DNA of 63,841 nt, the filler included, from Choristocarpus tenellus KU-1152 (taxonomy: Eukaryota; Protista; Phaeophyceae), in the NCBI GenBank assembly GCA_964200185.2. It is 10 parts of 10 records of this genome, joined end to end, with 100 filler letters (N's around TTAATTAATTAA, not from the genome) between each part and the next. Parts side by side here need not be neighbours in the genome. Positions count along the whole stretch, not along the records: positions 20,787 to 41,662 come from CAXNAD020000372.1; positions 41,763 to 45,860 come from CAXNAD020016226.1; positions 45,961 to 49,298 come from CAXNAD020020713.1; positions 49,399 to 51,931 come from CAXNAD020026991.1; 6 more parts are not named here. One strand, written 5' to 3'. Shown piece by piece: positions 37,536-50,560 of the stretch. The notes under the pieces are model-generated. The model saw only the letters and a program-made list of their open reading frames with translations, did not search any database and was not told the origin of the DNA. The position numbers and the translations under genes were made by a program. Positions within the stretch are counted from its first letter, which is position 1, and each line of letters begins with the position of its first letter.

Positions 37536-37938
37536 TGTCCTGTCCAACGATTGCCCAATTTATTTGAAGCACTGCACTCATTAGAGATGGGGGATGGGGC
37601 TCTACAATTACAGTACAGGAAAGATACTATTGTCTTGGTGAGATTGGTCAGGTTGGATTAGTGAAGGCATGTGTAAATGGGATGCATCGAATAAGGAGAT
37701 GGTGGTTCAGGACACACAATTGGCACCCACACCACACGATATCATATCAAGTAGTCACAGGCTCTGTGTGGAACAAGAGACTAAATGTTTTAGCCTCTCA
37801 TGAGGAAATGATTTGGTGATGGAAGACAACCATGGGCGCGAAACTCCGAAATGGACAAGGGGCTAGGTGTTTACAAAGTGCTTCACTCTGCACCTTCATT
37901 TGAAAAAATGTCGAGATCACTACAGTGCAGTCAATTAT

Positions 37939-38192
37939 GAGCCGAAATATTTGAGAGGGTAGAGCCGCGTCCATTTGGGGGCCAAAATCCAATGTTGCGA
38001 TTTTGATGTAATTTTGGCTATCGTGTTTGTTAGGAAGTATCAATATCCATGTTCTGGACACACCTTTTAACGTATACATTTTACTACTCCTAAACATCTT
38101 GGAGTAGGAAAATGTCATGAAAAACTCATGGGAAGCCAAGTCCCAAATGGACAAACAGGGCAAAACTTGTACACTCTAAGATACTTTCACCC
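37939..38192. mobile_element. MITE family B copy
   Basis: Both TIRs present, with 4-bp TSD TTAT. Confidence 0.9.
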
Positions 38193-38573
38193 TTATGTGA
38201 AACCAATATGGGGCTGTAGGGTCGATGGCTGTGCCACAAATTTCGACTGTGACTGGGCATAGGGGTTGTTAGGTCGGTTGGCAACCTGATGATGTTAGGA
38301 ATCACTCAAAAAATGTCGGGTGCGAGAGATGTGATAGGAGGGAGGGGGAAGAGGTTGGTGCATGCATGGTATGTTTTCAAAATGGTCCTGTGCGTGTTGG
38401 GCATCTCATTTCTCAACTCAGCAACATTGATGTGGAAGAACATGCAATGGCAGAGGGATCAAATCAATTTTGTTGTTGATACAGGGGGTGTCCTTCATTT
38501 CTCATCTTTTCCAGCTTTCTCCACACCATGCTCAACTTACCCTGATATTTATTGGTTTGCGGTGTTGTCATAG

Positions 38574-40911
38574 GTTGGTGAGCTCAGAGGACAAACTGAA
38601 GGAAGTGGCAGAGGCTCTGAAAGCTGCCTCAGTGAGAGAGGTGAGAATAGCTTGAGTCTCCCCCCACCATTCCTCTCTTTTATACTTGGGCTTGTTCTTG
38701 TCATAATTGATATCAAGGTAAATGATAGTGACCTTGAAGCTCGGGGGATGTGATGGGCCAAGTGCACCCCTATTGGCTCAGCCTGGCAAATGAGTCATTC
38801 AATATTTGTTCTGTATCATGTCTTCAACTACTGGTCCTCACATTTTTCAACTCACACAAATGAATCAATTTGAAGGAGAAAAGTAGTTGGAGATTTAATG
38901 CTTGACCTTAGTATTACAGACCCTCCTAGCACCCTCTCCATTGCTCCTAATCCCAGTCTTTTTCTGCCTATCCATATTTTTTCTATTGCACTCTCACCTC
39001 CACCTCTCTTGCTCACACAGCAAACACATCTCATGAAGATCGCCGCTGCTATGGAGGCCATCAGACTGCAGCGGAAGGAGGTGGAGGAGGTAAGGATCTT
39101 GGATAATCCAGGCGGGTGGGATGGGGGGTGAAGAGAGGGAGGGGAAACACTGCAGTCAATCGAATTACACGGCAAAACACATTTGGTGGTAGAATCCTGC
39201 AGTTAAATGGTGCACTTGATGGCCATTTTCCTTGCGTTTGTTTCTGACTTGGCAGGGTGTACCAAGTGATCAGGGTCTTAGTGAAAGAGAGATGTCTTGT
39301 GAGAATTACATAGGGTACTTGTCAAACCTCCTTTGTATGTGTACACGGACTGATTTGGCTGAAACTGAATACTCGCAGTCACATCACAACTACAACGGTA
39401 TTGATTCAATCTTCATTCTAAGGACCCAACTGTTTGGGTTGCACTGACTTGATATTCAACGGACATATATCACATTGATAGATCTCTACGACTTTGAACT
39501 AACAGCTGTATGTCATACTTGACAACCAAACAGGGTTTTCCAATTTTTCCAATTTTTATAATGACTTTTTGAGCGTTCAGAGATGGGACAAAATGTGTAT
39601 CAGGCAGAGTGTTTGATAAATCCCGAGAAGATCCAACCCCTGATAGGTGGACACTGAACTTGAAACCCTGATTGCAGTTGGGGTGTTGATTATTCATTGT
39701 CTTGAGGTACAGTAAGTATATTACCTCACTCAAGACACATAGTCACTTTGCACATTGGGAACTGTAAACCAAGATGCACACAACATCTTCAACTGTAGGT
39801 CTCAACCCGGTGGTCATGATGCCCAACTCTACCCACAGTCAAGTTGGAACAAGATAGCAAAGACTGTGCACATCTGGTCAACTTCAACGATATATCCGTC
39901 CGTCCGTCCGTCCGTAAACGAGGTTCCCAATCAACCAAGTTTTTCAATCATACATTTCTGTGGCATTTCCTCAAGCAGAACAGAGCCCTCTATGTCAAGG
40001 GTGGGTATGTTACCATGAAATTCGATTGAGAGGGAGGGAGGGTTGTATTTATAAATAATTTTAAGCATCCCGAGAAAGGGTCAAAAAAAGCGATTTTGTA
40101 CAAGTTCAAAAAGAGTCTTTGCTTAGTTGTGGTGTCACCATGTATGTGGAAAGGGGATATCAATTTTATGTACACTATTGTGGATATAAAGCAATGAAAT
40201 AGAGTGCATTGCACAGGGTAAGAGAGGTGGCTTAGAATGCAAGACAATCCAAACTTGCCTATATCTCCATTGATTCGACCCTAACCCAATTCACCATAGC
40301 TCTATGCTTGATTTGCGATTATTGGTTTTCTAAGGCTTTTTATTGGATCAGCCTGTACCAGTGTACTCCAAGGCAGTGCTACAGAGTGGCACGGCACTAT
40401 GTTGGCACAAAGGATGAGCGTCTGTATGTGTGTGCACGGTATTTTGACTGGACAAAATATTTGTGCAGAATGCTTATATACGGATTTGGACACATTACAA
40501 TCAAACTGCAGCTCAGTTAGTTCGGTTTGACACTGCAATTGTAAATATGTCAAGATGCACAGTGACCTCCCCCATGAGTCAACACTTTTTCATGTGCTCT
40601 GTATTCTCTCTTTGTGCTATTTGCCACAATTTTATTTGCTTGGCCCTTTTTCCCTATTGCCTATTGGACCAAGTCATTTATCCTTACATTTGTGCCTACT
40701 CCATGAGACATGCTCCACCTTTGCACCCCATGCATCTCACCCCAACCTTGGTTTGGCTCAACCTCACCTAAAGGCACGCTTGAGCATACCAATGATTGAG
40801 GGATTGGTGGCGGAGAAGGACAACATAATCACGGTACTAAGGGAAGACAAGGAGAGACTCTTGAAAGACCTAGAGAGAGCCCGTTCTGTCCAGGACTGCT
40901 CAGCAGAAGAG
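38574..40911 (+). CDS. Unidentified coiled-coil protein, internal exons (gene probably starts near 35.7-37.1 kb)
   Basis: Phase-compatible exons 38574-38640 (LVSSEDKLKEVAEALKAASVRE), 39021-39089 (QTHLMKIAAAMEAIRLQRKEVEE) and 40774-40911 (ARLSIPMIEGLVAEKDNIITVLREDKERLLKDLERARSVQDCSAEE) with donors gtgaga, gtaagg, gtatga. Further candidate exons near 36304-36444 and ending at 36909 are less certain. Confidence 0.6.
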
Positions 40912-41138
40912 GTATGATCAACTCTGTAGTGAGAGAGGGGAGGACATTATATACAAACATCACACTACACAAGTTCCTTGCTGTTATCTTGCCGCTCTTG
41001 TTCTCATCTTCTCCTACGTTTCAATTGATAACATGGTACGCACAAGAACTACCGCCTGTTCAAGGTTAGGAATGGATTATTGCTAGCAGGGACAGAGAGT
41101 GAGGTGCTCAAGGTGCAGCACATATGTTGATGTGACAC

Positions 41139-41403
41139 TCCCAGGTCAGGCAGACTTTACTGGAGTATAACTTCCCTCAGCTTGTCAAGGACCTTGCAGA
41201 GGATAACCGAAGACTTCATGATAAGAAGAAAACAACTGTGCACAAAGGAACAAAGGCCTGCCCAAGGTTCTGGATGTATCGTAGCAAGCAGAGAGGTGGA
41301 GACTATATATGCTTCTGATCATGAAGTCTTCGGTTATTCTCTGCAGATCCCCTACAAGCTGAGCAGATGATGTATCCTCCACCTTAGTGTGCCTGACCTG
41401 GGA
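41139..41403 (+). ncRNA. Long imperfect foldback, candidate intronic pre-miRNA
   Basis: ~90-nt arms (41139-41228 and 41312-41403) pair with small, mostly symmetric mismatches. The core TGCAGAGGATAACCGAAGACTTCATGAT pairs with ATCATGAAGTCTTCGGTTATTCTCTGCA, including one G:U on the + strand. Expression unknown. Confidence 0.45.
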
Positions 41404-41580
41404 ACACTGCATTTCATGGTGGTGTACTGTACCTTGAGCATCCCTGTAGTGACTTTGGGGAGGGAGGTGGGATATTGTTGGAGGGAGTGGGAATGAAAGA
41501 ATTTTGGGGTGGTGGTGAAGCAGAGTTTAGTGCAGGGAAGTGAGAATATAGTTGATTTGTCACTGTCCTGTAAACTTTGA

Positions 41581-41804
41581 GACCCAAAGTATCTCGGGGG
41601 GGGGGGGGTGTCGGCACCAGGGTGTACATTTGGGACAAAACCAGGAAAATTGCATTTACATTNNNNNNNNNNNNNNNNNNNNNNNNNNNNNNNNNNNNNN
41701 NNNNNNTTAATTAATTAANNNNNNNNNNNNNNNNNNNNNNNNNNNNNNNNNNNNNNNNNNNNCAAATGTACAGCCGCCACCCCCTCTCCCAGATACTTTG
41801 AGTC
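41581..41804. mobile_element. Two MITE family A halves on either side of a contig linker
   Basis: Left half 41581-41662 and right half 41763-41804. The outer flanks (TTGA vs ATAC) form no TSD and the flanking genes are incompatible, so these are probably different copies. Confidence 0.75.
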
Positions 41805-41831
41805 ATACCAAGACCTGTTACGCCATCCCAC

Positions 41832-44800
41832 CTTGGAAGTGAGGATAGTAACAAGTCGCTTCGCCAGGACCTTGATGTCTGGGTTTCCTTTAGGAATGAG
41901 GCTGTTTATCTGTCGCTCAAGCGCAGCACCCTCTCGTCTCGCCCAGGGATACACCTAGAGCATGTTATCAACAAAAGCAGAAACAGCTAACAATCACTAA
42001 ATGACCACAGGACGCAGATCAGCAACTCTGCCTACTCAACCAAATCCTTATCAAACATACATTTTCAGTCATGAAGAGGCTTTCTGCACATCACGGGGAT
42101 CAGGTTCTGAGAAAACAGTTATGGTGGATAAGTCACACGATGGTTGCATTGTACAAATAGTTAACTACACCAAATGATTGCATTGTGTCCAGAATGTCCA
42201 TTTTACATAGGACTAGACCATGTACCTGCCCTTTCCAACAGCTGGAATGAGTATTTCCAGTGAAATTGTAGCAACAGATTATTACTACTAGAGAAAAAAT
42301 AGCAAGACATTAAGTTAAAAAAATATCACTAAAAAAATCATTATATATATATATATATATATATTTGTATTCTACTTTGGAAAAGGAGTGTATGATAACA
42401 AAGAGCCCTTCATTCCCGTTCCTTAAGTAGAAACATAAAACACATTAAAAAAACCCTAACCCTTCATAAAAAAAAACACCACAGGCCAAGCATGTCAGGG
42501 CACATGTGCAGGCATCTCAAAAAAAAAAAATGAAAACTTTATCCCAGCATGTGCAACTCACAGAAACGGCCTTGCTAAGAAGAATGAGAGCAGACTTCAC
42601 GTGGATAAACTCCTGACTCCTCAGGGCCTGGAGCAGGGTATTGGTAACCTGAAGTTCGGGAAGGAAAATAAGACTTACCATCAACTTACGTTATCTTCAA
42701 AGCTATCACCACTCACTATTCCTGCAGACTATGTACCTATTGTACCTGACCTTGTACATTAAATCAATATGCAGTGATTAGTCGGAACAATAATATAACA
42801 ATACATGAACACAACAAAACATGCTCTGACGCAGTCTCACGCTGAACCTGAACCTGAGCACAAGGAAGTCCATGCCAAAAGCCTAGCAGCCAACCTTACA
42901 ACCCTCAATAACATTCAGAACATCCTCTTATCTCAAGGAACAGTAAACTCTACCTGAGTCCACATCTGATGGCAACACTAAAACCAAGTGATTTTTATTG
43001 GATTGATGTTGATGTAATAGGGCATGGTAGGAAGACAACAAATGAGAGCAAAAGGTAGTACAAGATGATGGAACAGCAGAGGAAGAGATGAGGATGGACG
43101 GTACTCCTTACATTGATACTTACATTGATACTCCATCCATCTGTACGCCTCAGGAAGTCATCGTAGTTCAACTGACCAACTTCAAGCACTTCTGAGTTAA
43201 AAACACAACCAACAAAAACACACAGGACAAGAGATTAAGGGGCGCGGGGGGCAGGGGTGGGGGGGTCAAGATCATAAAATATCTTGTTATATTTTGGGGT
43301 ACATACGAAATATTTTCCAGCTAAGCATCATCCATCAACCAAAGTCAAAACAATAGAAATCAAGTTTTTCATACAGAGTGTGACCTCTATAATCCTACCT
43401 CCTATTCCCGACCCTGACCCTGTCCTTATCCCTCACACAAAGTATTGTCACACCACACACCAGAACCCTTAGTTCCCCCGAACAGGCCCATTCCCATATC
43501 ACAACCAAAGACCTCCCCTCTCAACTCCATCCCTCACTACTCGACCACAAACCCCAGCTTACCTGAGTCTCCCGAGTCGGAAGATGCCTTGGAATTGACC
43601 ACCCTGAAGCCATGCCTATTACCTGCCTCTGCCTTGAAGATAACAGACTTGGCCCGCCACTCCCTGGAGGCAAGCGTAGGACGAATCAGGTGAGGGAGGT
43701 GGAGAATCGATGTAAGACATGTATACTTTGTGAGTACATGGTTCAGGTATGGCTCATTGTTTCCATTGTCACTATCCTGAACAGGTGTATATCAACTTCC
43801 TGCTACACGAGCACAAGGACCGCAAAACATACAAAAAAAATATACCAGTACTTTTTAGCTTGTGATTAACTCATACTTACCACTACAACATGCACAGGAA
43901 TAATTCATTTATTACATCTGTGAACACCTACATACATACATACACCAAGCACTCGTACCTAAACGTAAAAGGACTATCAACTTCAAACCCCACAACAGAA
44001 GCACTAACACTTAGATGCCTACCACGTTTAGATCTTTCCCCTTCATAATTATTTTCACCCAAGAACCTTATACAACCCCATTATTACACACAACAAAACC
44101 AGCATGTTCGTAATTAAAAAAGGATGTAAAAATGAAAAGTGTTGCCTTTTCCCAAGCACCACACCCGCATATATTACACAACAAAAAATAACCTGACCTT
44201 GACCCTGACTCTGACCCTGACAAGAAACTTGTTCACACAAACACACTTATGCTGTTGGTTGTGTCTCCATAGGTCTCTGACAAGTTTCTTTCAACACTGT
44301 AGCAGGTTGCAGCAAGCAGTAGGAGTGTGGTGAAGGGAAGGTGGGAGGAGGGGGGAAGGAATGCATCTGCCCTCACTTGAATGTGCTCAGACAGTCCTTG
44401 AAGAAGAACCCAAGGCTAGCCGCTTCAACCTGAGTCTTGGCAAATGCTGTCGGCATGAAATACCTCACAGACATTTCATAGAAGGACAGACTGTGTGACA
44501 ATAGAGGGTACAGCAAAAACAAATCTCTGGTCAAGAGTTCACGAAACAGGTTCAGACATAAAATCAAAGCACATAGAAGTAGATAAGGACCTTTCCCAAC
44601 ACACTAGACAAAGAAGGGGTATGTGACAATTGAAATGTGATCGAGTTCTCAAACCCCAAACCACAACAATTGAATATAGAAGAGTGAGGTAGGTGGTCAT
44701 AGGGATGATCAAGGACCCTTACTATTGGTAGTCAAGGATGTAACACAAAAAAAACAACCTACCGCCTATAAAAAAACATGAATTGGACACACCCTGCACC

Positions 44801-45831
44801 GTTATTGAATCACCTACCTCATCACGCCAATCACAATCAGCATACATCAACAATCTAATGGTACAATACATATCTATGGCAATTGGAAGCGAAGGAAGCT
44901 GGGGATATGGTTCTAATGGTGATGGACAAAAACGGCAAGCCAAGGAAGGGTGGTTCTAAAGGATGTTCTGTCGGTGCAAGGTGGGTGTACTATGATGCAC
45001 ATTGAGCATTGGAATGATATCTAGGAATGGAGGAGAATTTATGGATTCAGGAACAAAAGAAAGTTACCTGAAGACCTCCAAGAATTCGCCCAATACCTTT
45101 ATTTGTCAAATGTATCAGGTAAGGGGCTGACATGCCAATCTCAATCATTTTTCGTATTAGTTAGTTCCTACACATGTCCCATCTGATGCTGCTGATCTAT
45201 TTTACCTGCATCAATACTGTGTCAACAAACTCAACGACTGCAATGTTATATGTCAACATTGAAGAGTACCAGACACTGCCTGGACAACTAAATCAACACC
45301 AACACCCTTCCCCACATACCAAACTGAAGACACACACAGCACACTCCAGACCCCACTCCACAAGCAAACAAAATCATGTCAACATTCCACTTAACAGTAA
45401 AATACAGTTCAGAACTAACTAGAAAAATACTCCAACCCCAAAGTATCATCCATCACCTGTTAAATAGTTATGGTTCAACTAGAAGTTAATTCAACTAAAG
45501 TTAATTCAACAAGAAGCTAATTCGATTACCAAGACAAACCATCAACATCGCAATTTTAAAAAGTTCATTTTGGTTGCTTTTGTCAATCTAGGCACACTCC
45601 AACAAACAAACCAAAAACTTGATGCAACTTGCACAGCTCGCCCTTTCCACTCCAATCAAATCCATCAATCAATAAAACAAAATAATTATCTACACAGGGA
45701 CATCGCAACATAACCCACCTGTTGAAGTTAGTAGCCTCAATCGTATGCATGAGCCGGAAAAACTTGGAGCAGTACAGGGCGTCATCTGGGCCCATCCCCA
45801 GCCTTGGACCCACACAGTGCTGCAGCACTGC
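41832..45831 (-). CDS. THOC2: THO complex subunit 2 (Tho2 C-terminal domain), internal fragment, 6 exons
   Basis: Minus-strand exons 45831-45719, 44490-44377, 43663-43563, 43191-43124, 42648-42562, 41954-41832 with matching phases. Translation AVLQHCVGPRLGMGPDDALYCSKFFRLMHTIEATNFNSLSFYE...TQVEAASLGFFF...EW...GFRVV...QLNYDDF...GW...LRSQEFIHVKSALILLSK..VYP...ALERQI...PDIKVLA is collinear with my recollection of the Tho2 domain (LQLCIFPRC..DAVYCARF..TPNFS..TENEA..LDYENF..GEYTHIRN.LIVL.K..YP..ALERRV..PDL.ALA). Confidence 0.88.
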
Positions 45832-46092
45832 CTGCTCAAAATCATTGAAAAAAGACCCCCNNNNNNNNNNNNNNNNNNNNNNNNNNNNNNNNNNNNNNNN
45901 NNNNTTAATTAATTAANNNNNNNNNNNNNNNNNNNNNNNNNNNNNNNNNNNNNNNNNNNNCCCTTTTCCCGGTTATACCCCACATGGCCGCCCTGGGGTA
46001 AACCCCCCCCCCCCCCCAGATACTTTGGGTCACTTATGGGCGTACATAAAACCTACAGGATGCCCAACATCGGTGGTGATGATAGAAAATGT

Positions 46093-46266
46093 GACCCAAA
46101 GTATCAGGGGGGGGGGACTGCACCAGGGTGTCCATTTGGTCCATAACCAGGAAATGTACACTTGCATTATACATCCGACGTAAGCAACCAAATTACCCCA
46201 AAATCGCAAGATTAAAAAAATAACCCCAAATGGACATCCGCTGCCCCCTCCCAGATACTCTGAGCC
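46093..46266. mobile_element. MITE family A copy (opposite orientation)
   Basis: GACCCAAAGTATC...GATACTCTGAGCC flanked by TGT/TGT. Confidence 0.88.
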
Positions 46267-46714
46267 TGTGCTAGCTCTATTATTGAATTGATTGCGATGG
46301 GCAAATGTTCTGCACATCCAATGCCTCAAAAGATTGTCACACCTACTTTCAATTTTCTTCATAGAATCTTTTTCCCTGGTAGGGACCCCTACAACTTCTA
46401 GACCCCCCTAGCATATGTACCCCGTGTAAACCAAGCAATAATGTCCCAGAAGTCCATCCGTCTGTCTGTCTGTCTGTTTCTCACTTACACACATTATAAA
46501 ACCAAGTAAATTATACCAGTACCGTCTCTCCCTTGTACGTACTATATAAAACAAAGGAATTTCTGTCTGCCCATCCGTTGGCTGTATTTGTATGTTACTA
46601 GTACTGGCTCTCGTCCTCATGCGCCGGCTCGAATGCGTGCTCGTGCAGTTCCTCTCACCTACGTACCCTATCAAACCAACTAATTCCTCCACTTACAATC
46701 CTATCATCAGCTCT

Positions 46715-46953
46715 GAGCCAAAGTAAACAAGAAGTACCCAGTCTGTTTTCCAATCTTTTGCCATCCACCCATATTTCTATGGATGAAGCTCTAAGTTTGA
46801 CTTGAGAGGGTTGATTCCTCTATTGTTCGAACTTTTTGAAACAACTCAGAAAATACCCTACATTCATTTGTTCAAAATGCCAAATTTTACACAAATTTGT
46901 TAGCATCCTTGAAATGCAACTCTGAGTACACCACCTCCTGTCTACTTTGACTC
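46715..46953. mobile_element. MITE family C copy
   Basis: GAGCCAAAGTAAACAAGAAGTACCCAG ... TCTACTTTGACTC. Confidence 0.82.
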
Positions 46954-49398
46954 TCCATAGACCTCTTTGCGATTTGATTAAGTTAGAGTCCTATTATACA
47001 TCTCTATGACCTACATCATACCATCCTGCTTCGCGTTGCTACCAATACCAGTTCTTGCTCTCCTCACGTGTGGGCTTTCCTGTGCATCCGCACACATTTG
47101 TTCCACAAACCAAGAAGCCTTACAGGCACCGACTCTATGCAGCTGCCTTTCGATCGCTCAAGTACATGACTGTTTGTTTTTTCTCTTTGTGAGGGGATTG
47201 ATGTTTGAGTTCTATTGTAGTAGTATATCACAGTTCGTATCTAGGGCAGATTTCAACACAACAGCTCCCTTGTGCACAAAGATGCAAAGAGTCGCACCAC
47301 ACTACCTCCTCTCCTCCCCTGTCCATAACCAACCCCTGAGGGGTCCAGCCCCTCCCAGAGGGGCCTATTTTGATTAATAAGTACAAATATTTGTCTGTGC
47401 CAATTACATCTACAATCGCCCCTGACAGTTACCAAGGTGCATGTTTGAGGTCGGTTAGAAATGCTCTTGCATATTCCTTGATTTGATAACCTCCTCACTA
47501 CAAAATTAACATTCCTCTTTACAACTCCTGGTGCAATACACGAGGTGACTAGTCTAACAACCAACTCCCCTTCACGGGCCCTGTGTGTTGACTATCTTGG
47601 CATTATTATAACCTCCTCACCAAGGGTTTTTGAGTGCATCTCTTGACGTCTTCATTGTTGCTTCACAGATCATCTCCTTTCTGCTACTCACTGGCCTACC
47701 TTGCAGATTCCTCACCCATCTTGATCTCCTTGTCCAGGGTCACAGGTACTGCTGTACTTCTCTTTGCTTTCAACTCTGCGACATTCTGTCTTGAGGGCAC
47801 ATCGTCCAATTGCCTTCTGGTCTCCCTTAACCTCTATATTGGCGCTAGTGATTTTCAGTACATCCTTTATCTATGCCTCTCCCCCTCCATAGCCTAAGAT
47901 TTGCCGAACATGAGAACCTTGTGTTGTGCCTCTATTGAGTACTCAGTCCAGGGTGTCACGCATAGCCTAAAGTGCAACATCTGTGCCTATCCACTGTGTT
48001 CAACAAAGACATGGTGCTCTAGTATAATATATGATTTATTCTTGTCCAGATAACTAGGCAACCTTTCTATTGTGCTTTTCTTCAACCGGTCAAACTGCAG
48101 TGCTGCCTACAAGTTAGCAACCGGCACCCCCTCTTTTACAACACAGGTGATTGCCCCCTCGATTTCTTCAATATCTGGTCCAACAACCTACTGCTGGGAC
48201 ACACACCGACATCATGGTGATCTGCACCACGTCTTCAAATGTCACTGTTAACCTCCAATGACCTCACCTCAGCAGTCCAAGCTTGTCTTTCTAACTTCAC
48301 CGCCTCCTGAACTCGCTCCAACAAATCCTTGGACTTGTCTCTTGCCCTTGCTGCATCAGCCTTCCGTCCCGCCTGGAGTTCCTTGACCAGTCCTTCCAGG
48401 TTCTTCTTCTGGACAATCATCTCCTGCAAGAGGGTTTTCACTCCACGGAGTCTCTTCTCCCCCAAAGTTAGATTAGCCTTCCGTACGTTGGAGAGGAGTT
48501 TCAAGTCTTCAATACATGCCTTCAATTCTTCCACTCGAATAGCATCTTCAACGTGTGCTGGCACCACTCCCATCGCTTCCGAGCAGTCTTCCCTGTTGTC
48601 TGCCTTTACTTCATCCATCTTTCTTTGTATTGCTTCCGTGCAGGCTCCGACTTCAGTACCCCGTACTTTTTCCTCTTTCAGGCAATTGACCATGTGATCG
48701 TTCTTTTTCCCCATCATAGTGAACTCCACCTTTTGTTGAGCCACAGTCCAAGCCTTCTGCTTCCCTTTAGCTTTGGAGTACTGAGCTTCAGTTTCGGCAT
48801 CCTGGGCTTCAGCTTCCAGCTCTTCGGTCAGAGAGGTTCCTGTTTTCCATGTATTCTCGATTCTTTCATGCACCTTGGAGGTGCAGACTCTCCGACTACC
48901 TGTGGCACCTGTGCCTATTTTTCCTTTCAGAAGTCCTTCCTCCATGCCCTGCCGTGATTGGAGTAGAGGAAAGAGAGTGATGAGTTATCTACCTATTACC
49001 TTACTCATTCAGCGACTGCCTGGCATATTAGGGGTTGATCACTGATCACTGAAACTGTAGGACAATGTATGATAGTGGTATGTTAGAGCCAGCAGCCAAA
49101 TTGTAACGTAGGAAGATATGCCAAAGCTGTTAGAACTGTGGTCAAAGCTTAGATTGTCATGAAAGCAATCTTAGCTTGAGTGCTCAGATTAGGCGCAACT
49201 GCACTTTTCAAAAAAAGAGAGGTGTTCAAATCAAACGTCCCTTCTACACATTGGATGTACCATATTTTTTTCATTGACCCGAAGTATCTGGGAGGGGGNN
49301 NNNNNNNNNNNNNNNNNNNNNNNNNNNNNNNNNNNNNNNNNNTTAATTAATTAANNNNNNNNNNNNNNNNNNNNNNNNNNNNNNNNNNNNNNNNNNNN

Positions 49399-49513
49399 CT
49401 TCCAAGTGCAAAAACAGTTGCAAAAAAATACTTTTCGGTACTTTTTCAAGACCGTTTTCGCAGAACAACCATCCTCATGGCCCCGCTCCATCCTCAATTT
49501 TTTAAATCCACTG
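49399..49513. repeat. Dispersed repeat end, copy of 37-149
   Basis: Direct sequence match to the window start. Confidence 0.8.
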
Positions 49514-49589
49514 TTAACTGTGGATGAAGAAATGTCTATGGCATTTTGCACCAGTCAGGAAAAATCAACGAAAAACCATTCAAACCTTT

Positions 49590-49838
49590 ATTATTATATT
49601 ATTATGCCATGTGATATTTTGCAGATGTGTTAGGGGGGAATGAATGAAAATTATACACAACATGTCAGTATAAGCTCAAAAGAAATAAAATGTCGTAAAT
49701 GCGCAAGCACTAATCTATTTGTTACTTGCCACTATGTTGTACTACTACCTTCCTGTTTCTCTAATGTACCAGGGGGAGGAGCAAGGGAGGAATCCCAAGA
49801 ATCCAATGTGAGATTCTCCCTGGTGACTCCAGCTTAAA
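49590..49838 (-). mobile_element. Second, shorter copy of the same LINE 3' end
   Basis: Aligns by eye with 50020-50298 (tattattatgcc...cagatgtgt.aggggg...ctaccttcctgtt...cccaagaatc...ctccctggtgactccagcttaaaa). Confidence 0.65.
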
Positions 49839-50019
49839 ATCTTTATTATTGTACTCTCACATTATTCAATGTGTTAAGGGAATATCAATGAAGAGCCAAT
49901 CAAACATCAGAACCCTAGAAAAAGGAACAGTTGTGTGGAAAGCAGGTTGTGATTATACCACTATTGGTGTAAAGTGGGTGTACTTACATAAGAGAGGGTA
50001 ATCAAGGAAAAAAAAACTC

Positions 50020-50560
50020 ATATATTATTATGCCCTCTGATATTTAACAGATGTGTCAGGGGAAAAACCAACGAATGAAAACTATTCACATGTCAGCATA
50101 AACCCTGAAGAACCAAAATGTATGACAAATGTGTCAAACACTAATCAATTTGTTGTTTCACTACTATGTTTTACCACTACCTTCCTGTTCCTCCAATCTA
50201 CCTATTCCTCCACCACCCTAGAGTGAGGAGCTAGGGAGGCATCCCAAGAATCTAACAAACCCCACCGTACCCATCTCCCTGGTGACTCCAGCTTAAAACA
50301 TATGACACGTCTAGACAGTGCTACTTGCGTTGTTGCAGAGACTATTTGGCGTAGGCGGGATTTGACCCCTCCTTTCCTACCATATCCTACAGTTCCTCTC
50401 CCACCCACCATGTGTGTAGCTAACTCATCCAGGAAACATTCAGCTTGCTTGCCGAGGCGCCCAAAACTTTCCACCGCGAAGGTGTTGAAGTTACGACTAC
50501 GAGGATCAAAAGAGCCCTCGTAGTGGGTGCACTCTCGTGTCTCAGCTGCAGCAAGCTACA
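50020..50560 (-). mobile_element. 3' fragment of an RLE-type (CRE-like) non-LTR retrotransposon with 3' UTR
   Basis: AAAETRECTHYEGSFDPRSRNFNTFAVESFGRLGKQAECFLDELATHMVG...RLRQIVS...QVALSRRV fits the A..AE..K...Y...F..FAVE..G..G..A..FL..LA restriction-like endonuclease tail. A second copy is at 63765-63841. Confidence 0.65.

Noticed and set aside
41581-41804. Single MITE spanning the gap, implying true scaffolding
   Set aside because: No TSD across the outer flanks, and incomplete genes converge from both sides.
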